64,000 nt of DNA from Hydrolagus colliei (Eukaryota): assembly GCA_035084275.1 (NCBI GenBank), contig CM068746.1:29574001-29638000 (forward strand). Reading direction: 5' to 3'. The notes under the pieces were generated by a model. It had not been told where the DNA came from and searched no databases. It worked only from the letters and a program-made list of their open reading frames with translations. Both the position numbers and the translations under genes were made by a program. Positions 63,826-64,000 of the stretch are shown in pieces. Position 1 is the stretch's first letter; every line of letters starts with the position of its first letter.

Positions 63826-64000
63826 CTGCAAACAAAACACATGATATCAGCAAGTATGAGACACTCTTTAAGGCAATTTAAAAGCAGTCTTCCCAAAAAG
63901 CTTCAAAACTAGTTTATTAACCATGTTGTTTGAAACAAAAAAATTAATTATGGAGTTACAAAACCTCATGATAGTGCATCACATCAGTAAACTAACATAT

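Noticed and set aside
63867-63875. TGCCTTAAA (minus strand) as a U12-type branch point in ZCRB1
   Set aside because: Imperfect match, over 40 nt from the 3' splice site, with a normal pyrimidine tract present. The intron's donor is outside the window, and no in-window donor matches RTATCCTT.

Overview
Eukaryotic (vertebrate) genomic DNA. The SINE/LINE complement suggests a cartilaginous fish, possibly a chimaera (inference). Two spliced genes lie on the minus strand in their conserved vertebrate order. The first is the 3' part of ZCRB1 (U11/U12 snRNP 31K protein): five coding exons at 58675-63825, with the 5' exons off the right edge. The second is the 5' part of YAF2 (YY1-associated factor 2): promoter, exon 1 at 49739-49764 and exon 2 at 49104-49229. 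Positions 1-49103 are apparently YAF2 intron 2, because exon 3 was not found. The rest is L2- and CR1-type LINE fragments, a tRNA-headed SINE family, a Deu-domain SINE, several TIR MITEs (Tc1/pogo and hAT types), simple repeats and one assembly gap. Almost all ORFs in the supplied track are spurious or LINE-derived. The best leads are: (1) an 84-nt frame-preserving candidate cassette exon of YAF2 at 16910-16993; (2) a Penelope-type fold-back element carrying a minimal hammerhead-ribozyme core, with a hAT MITE nested in it (9925-10818); (3) MITEs of different superfamilies sharing the same internal cargo; (4) a G-quadruplex/GC-box minisatellite abutting the YAF2 core promoter; (5) several motif-dense candidate enhancers in the intron. 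Repeat boundaries are read by eye and approximate unless TIRs or TSDs are quoted.
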